Below, piece by piece: positions 1 to 12,100 of a stretch of 64,000 bases of DNA. Within the stretch, counting starts at the first letter, position 1, and every line of letters starts with the position of its first letter. Under the pieces are notes generated by a model that made no database searches, was not told the DNA's origin, and saw only the letters and a list, made by a program, of their open reading frames with translations. Both the position numbers and the translations under genes were made by a program. This stretch comes from a virus: the IMG/VR virus record IMGVR_UViG_3300026257_000002, positions 68,523 to 132,522 of that record; one strand, given 5' to 3'.

Positions 1-186
1 TCCCAAAATAGAAACTTTAAGTGCTTCATATACATGGACAGCTTCGTGAAATTTTACTTCACCATCTTTCCATTCTGCAGTATCATCTGCTTTTTCGTCC
101 CATTCCCAGTCAGTAATTTCTTCTAATTTTTGTTTTAAATCCGAGAGGGTATAAGAACCATCCCCTGATATTGTAAAATGTGTCAT
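1..186 (-). CDS. Hypothetical acidic protein, runs off the window edge
   Basis: Manual translation from ATG at 186: MTHFTISGDGSYTLSDLKQKLEEITDWEWDEKADD..., open to position 1; starts 20 nt after the stop of the 1881-aa gene. Confidence 0.65.
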   Translation of the reverse strand, partial: MTHFTISGDGSYTLSDLKQKLEEITDWEWDEKADDTAEWKDGEVKFHEAVHVYEALKVSILG

Positions 187-205
187 TTGATAGTAACTCC
201 TAAAA

Positions 206-3200
206 TTATGCTTGTGATTCTTTCCAGGTAACCCTAGAAGAAACTGAATATGGATTTGAGATGCTTACATCAGTAGAGTCAACAATATTTGCGACGACTG
301 TCAAGATGTCTGGACCGTTCGGGAATACTCCGTCACCACCCAATATTGCATTACCCAAGTCAGAAATCTCTGTTAGGTCATATTCAGTTCCCTGAGATTG
401 ACCGTTACCACTACCAGATGCTCTGAATGACAGAATAGTTGAACCACCAGCAACAACTTCATCAGATTCATGTTTGAGAAGTTGGCAGAGGGAAGGTTCT
501 TGAACATTTTGATAAGCATCACTGCTTAATTGTGCATTAAGGAGCAAACTAATTTCAGTTTCGTGTGTGGTAAGAATACCAACTGAATCAAGAGCTAATT
601 GCATTCTGTTAATAATTTCTCTTTCTCCCAGAGCACCTGTGATCGAAGAATCGACTGAAGGAGCAAGTCTAATTGAAATTAATGGGATATCCATAGGAAT
701 GACGTTATCAGTTCCAGATGGAGCACCAACACTAAATGTTTCTCCACTATTTACAGCTGGATTTCCTAGAGTAGAGTAGATTTGATTATAATAACCTCTT
801 GGGAAATATTCGATGACCCCTTCTGTATATAAGATGTAAACGTAATGTGTACTTCCAGAGGTTCTTGTTCGAGGATGAGTTCGCTTACCATCTAGGAAAT
901 ATCCATTTGCTACAGTAGTATTGTAAATAAGACTATTTGAAGGCAAATCATTGGCATAAGTACCAGCATCGAATGGGATACGGATATAGTATCTTCTAGT
1001 ATACCAGTTTATATATTCTTCAATAATGGCAGAGTTACCATTACTAGTTACATTAACAGAAGTAGCGTTTGTATACTTCTGGACGTTACCGGATGCTGTG
1101 AATAAGTATGCTTCGTCATCTTGATACATACCATCCATAATAACTGAAGTACCCCAATGGAACAGAGTTCCTGTGTAAGTGGGAGCATTACCATTTTCAA
1201 TTTCGTAACGAGCAGGTAGGTTACCTGAACGGAAGTAAGATTCAGTATCGATGTTGTTGTGCTTGAACTCATGCATATACTTGACGTGACCATTCTGATC
1301 CTTAAATCCGAAGCGGATCTTACCAGCACCATACCAGGAGTAATCCATGTAGCACATCTGGATCTTAGAAATATCTAAGGTATATCCAGAAGGACCATCA
1401 CCATCTGCCTTATCAATGTTCCAGTTGTTTTGAGCTACGCGAGTATCAACTGTTTTAGTACAAATGACATTTGAAGCAGTGACACCCCTATATGCAGGTT
1501 GAACAGTCAATTGACTGTTGCTAGTTACCTTAACAACTCTGTATGACATGCCCCTAATCACAATATGATCTTTGATACTTAGTTCAGAAGTAAATTTGGT
1601 ATCAGTGCCAGTAACAATATTACTTCCTTTATTAACTGAAACTCTTCCAGGAATTTGAAGAACTGAACTTCTTCTAACACAATTCAATGTAGACCCATTA
1701 AATTCATAGAAGAAACCATTTTGATTATCAAACATACCTGCGCGAACATCACATTCAGACCAGGCAAGAACTTGTACTTTAGGGAAACCACCAGAAGAAC
1801 TATTGGTAGGTTCATTATCTAGAAGATACTTAAAGTTAAAATCATCAATAATATCACAGGCATATGAAGTATGATTAAAATGTGTTTCATCAGAATCAAC
1901 AATTTTAACTGCGATATTTGTAGTTAAATTATGTGGTTTGGATGTTCTAATAACACCTTTGTGAATTTGGTTGAAAGTGACAACTTCGGAAGAAAGAGCA
2001 CCAGTCAATGGTTTATCTATTGTAAATGTAGTTGCATTATCTACACTAATAACTCTAGTGCCAGCGGCAATACCATTACCACTAATAGGCATTAAAGCGA
2101 GAATACCTGAAGTGTCGCTTACAGTTAGGGTTGTTTCACCTAGAGTGCCTGTAGCATTTTTTGTGGTCAAAGTTCCTTCAGTTGCATATGTAAGATCAAG
2201 AATCGGAATTAATGGGATGAAATTCATTGCATATGAAGTTTGGATACCTTTACCAGACTGATAGCGGAAATACTTACGTGTCTGTCTAGAAATTCTAGCG
2301 TTAGGTGACTTAGCAGTACCAATTTCCATACCACCATCGAACGGTCTATGGAGATAGAAACCATCAGGTCTTACATAAATGTAAGAAGGAATTAGATAAA
2401 CAGCTGAACTGTCAGTGAAATTAAAGTTTGAATCTACTAAAAGATTATCATCGTCAGTAATAGCAGTAATTGTTTTTTCGATTAATGTACCAGGAGAACT
2501 GGTAGCATCAACAACTTTAATTTTATCACCAACCTTGAAGAATCTTTGGAATGCAGCATTACTTCCAACAATTTTTCTTGATGCACTATTAACTTCGATT
2601 GTACCAGGACCGGATACTTCACCAGAAATATTACTGCTATAGAATTGTTGAGTTCCGCTTCCTGCAGACAATGTAATTCCATTATCAGATTGAGCATCAC
2701 TCTCGCTAGCACAAACTCTGAAATTATTATTATCCATAATAGAAATCCAATAATCAGCACCGTCAGTTAGACCACCAATAACAGAACCTCCAGCAGCATC
2801 ATAAATTACTCTTGTTCCAGTTCCAAAATAGTGATTGTTAATTGTTATATGTGTTGAAGAAACATTCGCCGAAGCATCAAAACCTTTTGTTGATGGAGGA
2901 ACTTTAAATGGAACTGTAACTTCCAATTCAGTATCACTAATGGCTTTGGTTGTCGTATAAGAACCATCAACTACACCAAAGTCAGCAGTTGTATTTTCAA
3001 AAGATTGAATTCCCGCACCCACTCCTGATAATGTAATCATACTACCACCTGCTGATGAGGCGAGAGTAAATCTATTACCATTAATATTGGTAAGAAAATA
3101 TGAAGATCCATTACTAAGACCAGTTATTTCAGTTCCAGTTGTCTCATACTTTAAGACTTCTCCACTAGTGAATTGATTATCTGCAATATAAATTGAGTTT

Positions 3201-5851
3201 CTTAGTGGATTAGTTTTAGTAATAGAGAACGTTTGAGTTCCATTTGCACCTGCAAGTCTTATTGGAGAAGCCCCTGTGCTTGACTTGATCCTAAAGCGGT
3301 TGTCATCAATTTTATCGATATACCATGTTCCAGAAGTAGTACTAGTGTTATTACCATAAACATCATTATAGTAATAAATGGCCCCAGTACTTGTTAATGT
3401 AACCGCATCATTATTATCCAGCCCATGTGCCGCTGAATAGAAACTATCGTTGGTGGATGTATTTCTCTTAAGAAGAGCAACGTATACGTTAGTATTGCCA
3501 TCGCTGCCGATGCCATTAAAGTAATGATCTATTGAACTGTAATGATAACCTTGAAGATACCAGAAGTAATACTCACCACCATAAATATTAAAGTATTTAC
3601 TACTATCAATGTTCGCGCAATAGAAACTTGTTGTCCACATAGTCTTAGAACCACCAGCACCACCAAGACCACCTACAGTATAACTATAACTATAATCACC
3701 ATTATTGTCACCGTTTACACCATAATTCTCATGATCGGTCAAGAAATCATATGTTCCTTGCCATTGTGCAGTAGTTCCTAAGGGGAGACTTTGATGATGA
3801 TATCCGTAGGTTTTCCAAGCCGTGCCGAAAGCAAACTTCCACGCATAATTATAATAGAATTCTTGAGCACTACCAGTTACTCCATTGTTGTTACTGCGAT
3901 TAGTGGAGAAACATGCTGTAATCTCCCATGACTGGGCACCTAGTCCATAAGTGGTATTAACATTTTGCAGGTCATATCCAGAATATGTTCCACCAAAGTT
4001 CCAACCATATGTATACCATCGGCAGTAGTATTCACCATAAGCCTTGTATTCACGGTAAATATTATAAACAAGACCTAAGTTATGATTACCATAGGTAAAT
4101 GTTCCGCCAGATTGAAGGTTGCAATTATAGTTTAATCTTTGTGATTCATTAAGTTTAATCGTGTTAGCATCAATTACTTCAACATAATAAACCTGCATTC
4201 TATCCAGTCCAACAACTGGAGTATTACCAGGATTGGGGTAATAAAGCATTGCATAACTATTCTGAAGTCCATGACCAGTTATGGTAATAGTATCATTGCC
4301 ATAGTCAATGTCAGATTCGTCAAATCTTAATGTATATGTTGTTTCATAGTTATATGGTACGGTCTGTGCAGGATCTGCCTGAGGAGATTGCACCGACTGG
4401 GCAACAATATCAACGTAAAGCTGACCATCGGGCGCAGTTGCTGTAGGATCAACAACATCAAGAATTTTTGGTGATACTGTGTTTACAAAATAGAAGTTTG
4501 TGTTATCAGCGAATCCATGTTCTGCCGCAGTTGTCAGAAGAATTATACTTTGTGTAGCGTGGGTGATATCTAATTCACCATCACCACCCATTGAAGCATG
4601 ATTTGCACAGTAATAATATAACGTAGTTGCTGCTGGTTGTGTATTTGTAATATAAATTCTTACATAAGCACCAGATGTTCCTTCTGTTCCTGAACGATAT
4701 ACATATGTGTCATAAGCAGATCCACCACCATGAGTACCATCGGCAGTAGTAGAAAATGTAAATGGGTGATTAGTATTAGAGCTATCCGAAACATCAAATA
4801 CATAAACTGCTTTTCTTGATATATCAAGAACTGGTGTCAACAAATCATCAATGAAATACTTATTGCTACCCCCTGATACTCCACCTGTGTCAACGGTATA
4901 AGTGCCATCAGCACCAATAATTGTTAATGTATCGGCGTCAGCAAATACTGAACCTACTATATCAGTAATTGTAATCTGATTTCCAGAAACTGCAACGATC
5001 TTAGCAGTGTCAGATCCATTACTAACAGATGCATCAACAAGAACATCAGCAGCTAGTGTAGTGGTTAAGGTAATTACATTGACGCTTTTGACTTTTACTA
5101 CTTTTTGATAAAAGTCAGCTGTAATCCCTCTGGTTGGAGAAAGATTAATCTGCGAACCTTGAAAGAACTTACCTGGGATAATTGAGGTATAAGTACCTTC
5201 AAGACTAGCGGTTACTGGTTGTGCCGATCTTGCCTTATATGAGAAAGTAGTAGTGCTAGGAATTGATTGAATTAAATAAGCACCTTCTGCAGTAAGAGAT
5301 GATAGTCCAGTTACTGTAATAGGAACACCAACCTGTAAGTTGTGATCATACTGTGTCGTTACAGTAATAATTTCACTTCCAGTAACTGATTCTACTGATA
5401 CAATATATGGAATTGTTGTATCAGCAGTAGATGCATAGAACGAAGGAATATTATTAATAGTCTGGAGAGTTTCCCACTTAGAAGACTGAGGACCATATTC
5501 AAAGTCAGTATCAATTAAGTTTTCTGGACTAGATACTCTAAACTTAGAAACAGGGTCAACAAATGTTTCAGATGGTTCAATATTTACATAATCTTGTTCG
5601 TAGAAAATTTGTAATTCATCATTAGATGACATAGCATTACAACTGTATGTCAATACAAATGTAGTTTCATCAGTTGCTCCATCATAAGTTCTGGATTCCA
5701 ATCCTAAACCTGAGTCCGAAAATGTATAGATCGATTCATTTTCAGTTACATTGGTGATTAAAAGTAATCTTTTTGCTGAGATATTACCTTTGACTATAAC
5801 AGTATTACTACTGGGTATGAAAGTGTAATAATGTACTAAATGTTTTGCCAT
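206..5851 (-). CDS. Large virion structural/tail-associated protein (1881 aa) with a cupredoxin-like module
   Basis: Long ORF. The N-terminus MAKHLVHYYTF...RLLLITNVT resembles cyanophage tail proteins. It has repeated H(G/N)L/F beta modules and the motif HPF...LYYYCANHASMGG. Confidence 0.75.
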   Translation of the reverse strand: MAKHLVHYYTFIPSSNTVIVKGNISAKRLLLITNVTENESIYTFSDSGLGLESRTYDGATDETTFVLTYSCNAMSSNDELQIFYEQDYVNIEPSETFVDPVSKFRVSSPENLIDTDFEYGPQSSKWETLQTINNIPSFYASTADTTIPYIVSVESVTGSEIITVTTQYDHNLQVGVPITVTGLSSLTAEGAYLIQSIPSTTTFSYKARSAQPVTASLEGTYTSIIPGKFFQGSQINLSPTRGITADFYQKVVKVKSVNVITLTTTLAADVLVDASVSNGSDTAKIVAVSGNQITITDIVGSVFADADTLTIIGADGTYTVDTGGVSGGSNKYFIDDLLTPVLDISRKAVYVFDVSDSSNTNHPFTFSTTADGTHGGGSAYDTYVYRSGTEGTSGAYVRIYITNTQPAATTLYYYCANHASMGGDGELDITHATQSIILLTTAAEHGFADNTNFYFVNTVSPKILDVVDPTATAPDGQLYVDIVAQSVQSPQADPAQTVPYNYETTYTLRFDESDIDYGNDTITITGHGLQNSYAMLYYPNPGNTPVVGLDRMQVYYVEVIDANTIKLNESQRLNYNCNLQSGGTFTYGNHNLGLVYNIYREYKAYGEYYCRWYTYGWNFGGTYSGYDLQNVNTTYGLGAQSWEITACFSTNRSNNNGVTGSAQEFYYNYAWKFAFGTAWKTYGYHHQSLPLGTTAQWQGTYDFLTDHENYGVNGDNNGDYSYSYTVGGLGGAGGSKTMWTTSFYCANIDSSKYFNIYGGEYYFWYLQGYHYSSIDHYFNGIGSDGNTNVYVALLKRNTSTNDSFYSAAHGLDNNDAVTLTSTGAIYYYNDVYGNNTSTTSGTWYIDKIDDNRFRIKSSTGASPIRLAGANGTQTFSITKTNPLRNSIYIADNQFTSGEVLKYETTGTEITGLSNGSSYFLTNINGNRFTLASSAGGSMITLSGVGAGIQSFENTTADFGVVDGSYTTTKAISDTELEVTVPFKVPPSTKGFDASANVSSTHITINNHYFGTGTRVIYDAAGGSVIGGLTDGADYWISIMDNNNFRVCASESDAQSDNGITLSAGSGTQQFYSSNISGEVSGPGTIEVNSASRKIVGSNAAFQRFFKVGDKIKVVDATSSPGTLIEKTITAITDDDNLLVDSNFNFTDSSAVYLIPSYIYVRPDGFYLHRPFDGGMEIGTAKSPNARISRQTRKYFRYQSGKGIQTSYAMNFIPLIPILDLTYATEGTLTTKNATGTLGETTLTVSDTSGILALMPISGNGIAAGTRVISVDNATTFTIDKPLTGALSSEVVTFNQIHKGVIRTSKPHNLTTNIAVKIVDSDETHFNHTSYACDIIDDFNFKYLLDNEPTNSSSGGFPKVQVLAWSECDVRAGMFDNQNGFFYEFNGSTLNCVRRSSVLQIPGRVSVNKGSNIVTGTDTKFTSELSIKDHIVIRGMSYRVVKVTSNSQLTVQPAYRGVTASNVICTKTVDTRVAQNNWNIDKADGDGPSGYTLDISKIQMCYMDYSWYGAGKIRFGFKDQNGHVKYMHEFKHNNIDTESYFRSGNLPARYEIENGNAPTYTGTLFHWGTSVIMDGMYQDDEAYLFTASGNVQKYTNATSVNVTSNGNSAIIEEYINWYTRRYYIRIPFDAGTYANDLPSNSLIYNTTVANGYFLDGKRTHPRTRTSGSTHYVYILYTEGVIEYFPRGYYNQIYSTLGNPAVNSGETFSVGAPSGTDNVIPMDIPLISIRLAPSVDSSITGALGEREIINRMQLALDSVGILTTHETEISLLLNAQLSSDAYQNVQEPSLCQLLKHESDEVVAGGSTILSFRASGSGNGQSQGTEYDLTEISDLGNAILGGDGVFPNGPDILTVVANIVDSTDVSISNPYSVSSRVTWKESQA

Positions 5852-5895
5852 TTGTTAATTCCTTACTGTTATATAATGGTTTACTTGATAAGACA

Positions 5896-6084
5896 TCACG
5901 CGCCTAAAGCTATTGCCATAGCAGCAACACTTCGTTGGGTTGCTAATTGATAACCGCCTGCCCGCACTCCATCATGTACCACTGCAGTCTTCTTATCAGT
6001 GTCAACCGTAATTTCCCCTTCTGCACCAGTAAAAGTTAGGTGTTGTGAGCTGGTTCCTCTTCGGAATTGGACTTGTGTAGTCAT
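5896..6084 (-). CDS. 62-aa protein with Mtd N-terminal/hyaluronidase-like fibre motif
   Basis: QVQFRRGT...GAEGEITVDTDKKTAVVHDG is a typical phage fibre N-terminal motif; late promoter just upstream. Confidence 0.7.
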   Translation of the reverse strand: MTTQVQFRRGTSSQHLTFTGAEGEITVDTDKKTAVVHDGVRAGGYQLATQRSVAAMAIALGA

Positions 6085-6114
6085 TGAAAAGTAATCCGTA
6101 TCTTTTTCTTCTAT

Positions 6115-6122
6115 TATTTATA
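6115..6122 (-). promoter_or_regulatory. T4-type late promoter TATAAATA
   Basis: TATTTATA on the + strand, about 30 nt upstream of the ATG at 6084. Confidence 0.7.
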
Positions 6123-6129
6123 AGAATAA

Positions 6130-9100
6130 TTATATTATCGTGCTGAATATTCTTATAGGACTAAAGAGTTTTAAAACATTTACAGATGTTCCAGTCAGAA
6201 CAAACTTCGCTGTTCCTGGTTGGGTAATTCTTGTAACACTTCCTGGATTGTTACCAACAACGGTGAATAGATTAATAGATACTGGTGTTTCAATATCAAT
6301 TGCTCTTGCTTCAGCAGCACCATTGAATGTTGAGAACGTGCCCGTTCCGAGGTAACCATATGTCCGTCTAGCAATTGCTTTGCCACTAGTTGATACATAT
6401 GCGAATACTGTCTCACTACGAGTATTCTTAATATCAGATGCTTCACCTGAAATTGTTGCACTTCCAGCAGCATCATAATTTCCTTCAGTAAAGCTTTCTG
6501 CTGCACTTCCACTTGGTTTGAAGAGGACAGTACTTTCAGAAGCAATTGTTCTGGATTCTGCAGCACCATTGAATGTTGAGAGTGTTCCTGATCCAACAAA
6601 TGAAATTGCCGCAACAGGGATAGCATTACCACTAACGAATATAGATTCAGAACCAGCAAAACCTCTTGCTCTAGTAACAACACCACGTCCTTCGACATTA
6701 TAAAGAAGTGTATTTTGTGGAAGATTGGTTGTAGTAGATTCAGTAGCACCAGCAATTCCAAAGAGTGAACCTTTACCACTGTAAGTTCTGGTTGATACTA
6801 CACCACCATCACCATAAACAAATGTTTCTCCTCCATCAGGAGTAAAGGATCTAGTTCTAATTCCAACAGCAGAACCAGTAATCTCAAACAGACCAGTTTC
6901 AAGATCAGGTGAAATAACACTTGCTTCTGATGCTCCATCAATACCAAATAGTGATCCTGAACCAACAAAAGATCTATCTCTAACAATATTGGCATCACCA
7001 ATAAAGTTGAATAAACCAGTAGATTCTTCATCTACTGTTACCGCTTCAGCAGCACCATTAAATCCAAATAGCGAACCTTCGCTAGAATAAGGTCTTGCGA
7101 ATGCTTCATCCAGATTATCGCTGATAGTAACATTACCTTCAGCAGGAGCAGATCTGACGAATGCATTTGCTTCTCCACCAGAAGCCTTGAATAGGACAGT
7201 GCTTTCTGCTTCGGAAATTGCTGTAATTTCTGCTGCGCTTCCTGCATTGAAGAGTGAACCTTCCCCTTGATATGCATTTGTAAGTGTTTCTTCAACAGTT
7301 CCAGAAACAGTATTTAATCCAGAACCTTCATATATGCGAGCAAAATTCTCTGATCCTGAACCAGATGGGATGAATAGAACTGTGCTTTCTGGTGCAAGAA
7401 TTGTTCTTGCTTCTGCTGCAGATCCGAAACCAAATAGTGATCCAGAACCAATATGTAACAGCGAGAACAGAATAATTGGACTTCCACTTGCCTTGAATAA
7501 AACTGTATCTGTTAATGGATTGAACCCACGAACTTCACTGGATCCATTAGTAGTAAATAATGTTCCAGAACCATGATAATTAAGAGTGATCTTGAGATCT
7601 GGAGTGCCATCATATTTAAAGCATTCAACTTCAGGATTAGTGAAGATGTTAAATCTAAGTTGAAGTTCAGGAGTACCGGAAAGTCTAGGTGAACCATCAG
7701 GACGTGATGTCCATGCCGGATTCCATTTAGAAGCAGCAGTGCCAGAAGCAGTATAAAGAACTGTGTCTGTTAGTGGATTATAACCAGCTACTTCTGTAGC
7801 ACTATTGAATGTGAATAGTGAACCAGAAGTTCCTGGATCTCTATCATCACCATAATATCCATAAACATTAACTTTTTTATTTACAGATATACCAGCAACT
7901 GTTGCTGATCCACCAATTTTGCCATATACAGAGTTAACATAACGTGGTGATGGTCTATACTGTGTCCACTCAAATCCTTCATTAGGAGTTTTGAGTTTAA
8001 GCGTTCCACCTCCAGAAAGATAGTTGCTGAGAATATCATCAACTCCACCCAATCCAGAAAGCTTAATCTCACCATAAGATCTCCACCATGGACGGAATCT
8101 TATATGAGAGTTAGGAGCGAGAGGTGTGTCCTCTGGATATTTAATAAGTCCAGATCCAACATAATTCTCAATATGTTTCTCGACTGCGCCACCACGCATT
8201 CTGAGAAGGAAGGTTTCTTCAGGTGTTTGCCAGACTAGCGACTCTACATGTCCGCTAGCGGAGAAGAGATTACCAGTACCAACATAATTTACTATGCTCG
8301 CTGGCAGCTCTGCAGCACCAGAAATTCTGAACAGTCCAAATGGATTCCTATCACCAGGGACTGTGAAGACAAAACCGTGATCAGTATTTGGTGGAAGATA
8401 ATCAGAACTGATAGAACCATTATCAGCAGAAGATGTTACTGGATCTGAAATAGATCCATTGTCTTCTGATTCATAACCACCAATAACAGATGAGGTATTA
8501 TAGGAGAATACTGCCTTCTCAATTCTATCTCCAATATGGAACAGTGATCCAGAACCAGTGTAAAGTCCCTTACTGAAACTTTCTGCTCCACTACCAGTAA
8601 GTTTTCCTTGCTCGTAAGGACGTGATCTCCAATGTGGACGGAAGGTAAAGTCGGCAGGATCTTGCTGTTCATTGAAGATCCTAATGCAACCTTCTTTGGA
8701 ACTATAAGGTCCACGAATGAAGAATGTTTCAGCAGCACCTTGGAAACTAAACAATCCAACATAAGGTTGTGTAGTTTCTATAATTACTAATTGACCGTTA
8801 TCAAATTCACCTTCAGTAACTACATCAGTTACAGCACCATAATCAATATTAGTAGACGATGCTGATGTAATAGAACCATAGTCTCCACCTGGAGTGAATT
8901 CAACTACTGATGATTCATTATAATCATATGTCGCACTTTCAAGTTTGTCTCCAATATGGAACAGTGATCCAGAACCAATAAATGGTCTAGACTGAGCATA
9001 TGTATTGAATTCTCCGCCAAGACCGTTTCTGAGTTTTGGAGGATTAGTGGTAGTAGTATCAGTTCTCCAATGTGGACGGAATCTGAAGTCAGCAGGATCT

Positions 9101-12100
9101 TGCTGTTCGTTGAAGATCCTAATTGCAGGACTCAAACGGTTCCAATTGAATGTTGGGAAGAATTCTTCGGATGCTGATCCACCAATTTCAAATAATTTTC
9201 CAAGTGGATTAAGATCTACTAAGATAGATCCATAATTAATATTAGGATCATAATTTTCACCTACAGAACCATAGTCTGGGTCTGTCTGTAGTTCAATAGA
9301 CCTTATACCAAAGTTATCCCATGCATAAATTTGACCTTGTGATGCTGTAGGCTGATAAATTCTAACAGGGAAGTTTGCTGTTCTTGCAACTTCAGGAATA
9401 TTAATATCAACAGTATTCAAACTGTCGAATTCTGTATCGTTTTGAGCAACAAGAATTGAGGGGAGATAAGTATCAAATTGAATGTATAAATCTTCACCAG
9501 AATCAGGTGAATCACCACCATTACTACCATTACCTCTAATAGCAGAAATCCTAATTCTTTTTACACCTTCAAGATTGAGGGATAAAGATACTTCTCTTAA
9601 AGATAAACTATTGTAATTTTCTGCATTTATATCACCAATACGAATATGAGACCCGATATCAAATCCACCATCAGAACCAGTACCAGTTCCACTATCTACC
9701 CAATAAGCACAATTTGTTAATGTATTGCTAGGATCATTGTTAATATCTGCAGCACTAACAGTAGTAGCGGTGGCATATTCTGTAACACTATCTGCAATTA
9801 ATCCATTATCAAATTCTCCATAAGTTGTGATAGAAGAACTATTATAGGCATATACTGCCTTCTCAATTCTATCTCCAATATGGAACAGTGATCCAGAACC
9901 AATGAAAGGTCTGCTGAAACTATCAGTATCTCCACCAGAAGTATTGAAGAGAACTGTTGATTCACCAGCCTGAGAAGTGAACTGGAGATTACTATATCCA
10001 CCGGCAATTCTAATCTCAGCAGTAGCACCTAGATATGCTCTTGGATTTGCATGTGCTCTATCTCCACCAGTAACTTCAAATAGTCTTCCAAATGGATACG
10101 TGGTATATGGTATTCTTACCTGACCGTAATTTATTTCCCCAGCAGAAAGTTGAGTAACCTGACCGTAATCAGATGTGGATCCAGAGGAGGATAGTGATCC
10201 ATTATCAATAGGATCTTGTACTACCCCAATAGAACTATCGTTGTAATCAAATATTGCTCTCTCATCATTCTGACCAGAAGTGAATAATGAACCAGTTGTA
10301 CTATAGTTTCCTACAATATGTTGCTCAGACATTGTGCCTGATAATGTAAGAACACCAGAACCATTTACAACATAAACTTGCGGTGTTGGTTCTACAAACT
10401 GAACTGATGCATCACCACGAAGGAAAACAGTATCAGTTTTAAGATTGGGAGTTACAACATTGAAATTAGCTGTATCCAGTGTAGGAACAAATAGAATAGA
10501 TCTTAAGCCAATATTATCAAAGGTACTTAATCCATATTGACTTAACTTAAATTCTTGTCCGGCATTTCTAGCTTCTGGTGGTATAGTAGAGAATACTTTC
10601 TTCCACTCATCGAATTCGTCAGTGTCTGTAATTACTTCAATAGGACGATAAGTATTTGCATCGTTCCAATAGAAAAGGAGGTCATCAGTACCTTCTGGAC
10701 TATTTCCTCCATTAGATCCATTGCCAGTAATAAGATCAAATATAAATTCATCCAATTCTGAAGCATTAACTGTCCAACATAACTCTCTGTAATATTCCCC
10801 ACCGCTAGTAGTACCGAATCTAAAATGCTTAGTGCCTGCACCTGAATCAAATGCACCAACGCCCGTGCCAGCTCCAGAGTTTTCAATTGAAACACCACTT
10901 AAAGTTGCGCTATAATTAGATACTAATTCGTCTGGAAGAACTGTAACAAATCCTGAATTTGTATCAGCATTTCTTAATGCTACTTGTTTTATGCCATATT
11001 CATCATCCGAGAAATATAATCGAACACTGAAGTGAACACCAGAAACTCTGAATTCACTTGGAACTGTGACAGTTCTTTCGCTAACACCATCAGTTGCTAC
11101 TTCCAGACCAGACCAGTTTGCTGGAATAGAATCTTCATTTTGTTCGGCAGGGAATAATACATCATTTACTGTAGTTAATCCTGTCTTAGTAAAGTAATAT
11201 TCTAAACTATCTGGACTGATTGATCCTTCATTTCCACCGTTACTATCATTACCTCTGATACCAGAAACAGTTATATGAGTTACATCAGTGAGATCAAGGT
11301 ACCATGACATCTGGTTGATGCCATCGTTACCATCAATTTCATAATGGGGTCCAATATTAAATCCATTCCATGAATTAGTGCCAATTCCACCAGTTCTAAT
11401 CCAAATACCAGATACATAATAGTAATCACTTGTTATATCTACATCAGGACCAACGTCTTCAAAAGCATATGATGATACATAAGATGCAGTATAATTATCT
11501 GTTTGTCTTACTGTAGCAGAACCATTAACTTTGATTGCTCCGAACTTAGTAAAACTGGGATAGAATGAACCGTAACTTAATTCACCACCAGATGGAGGAC
11601 TGATAATTTGTCCATAATTTTCTGTAGTTCCAGCAGATTGATTAATTGTTTGATAATCATCTGTCTGAAGAGACTGATAATAGTCTGATCCTACAGTATG
11701 ATGTAGTTCAATAGACTTTATACCATAGTTATCATATGCATGAGTTGAATCTTGTGTGTAGTATGCTTGAAAAATTCTAACATAAGAATTTGGTACTCTT
11801 TCCGATATAGGAACATCAACATCAACAGTATTCAAACTATCAAAGTCCGAATCCACACCCCAAGCTGGATCAGGAACAATAATGGTACCATTGCTGCCCT
11901 GATATCCAGGTCCATTCAGGTCAGCACCAAACATAAAGTATAAATGTTCGTTCGCTGGAGTGGATCCACCATATGAACTACCACCATTACTGCCATTACC
12001 TCTAATAGCAGAAATCGTAATTTTTTCTACGCCTACAAGATTAAGAGAGAATTCTAGTTCTCTTCCGGTAAGAGGATAATCTACAGCATTTGGATCACCA

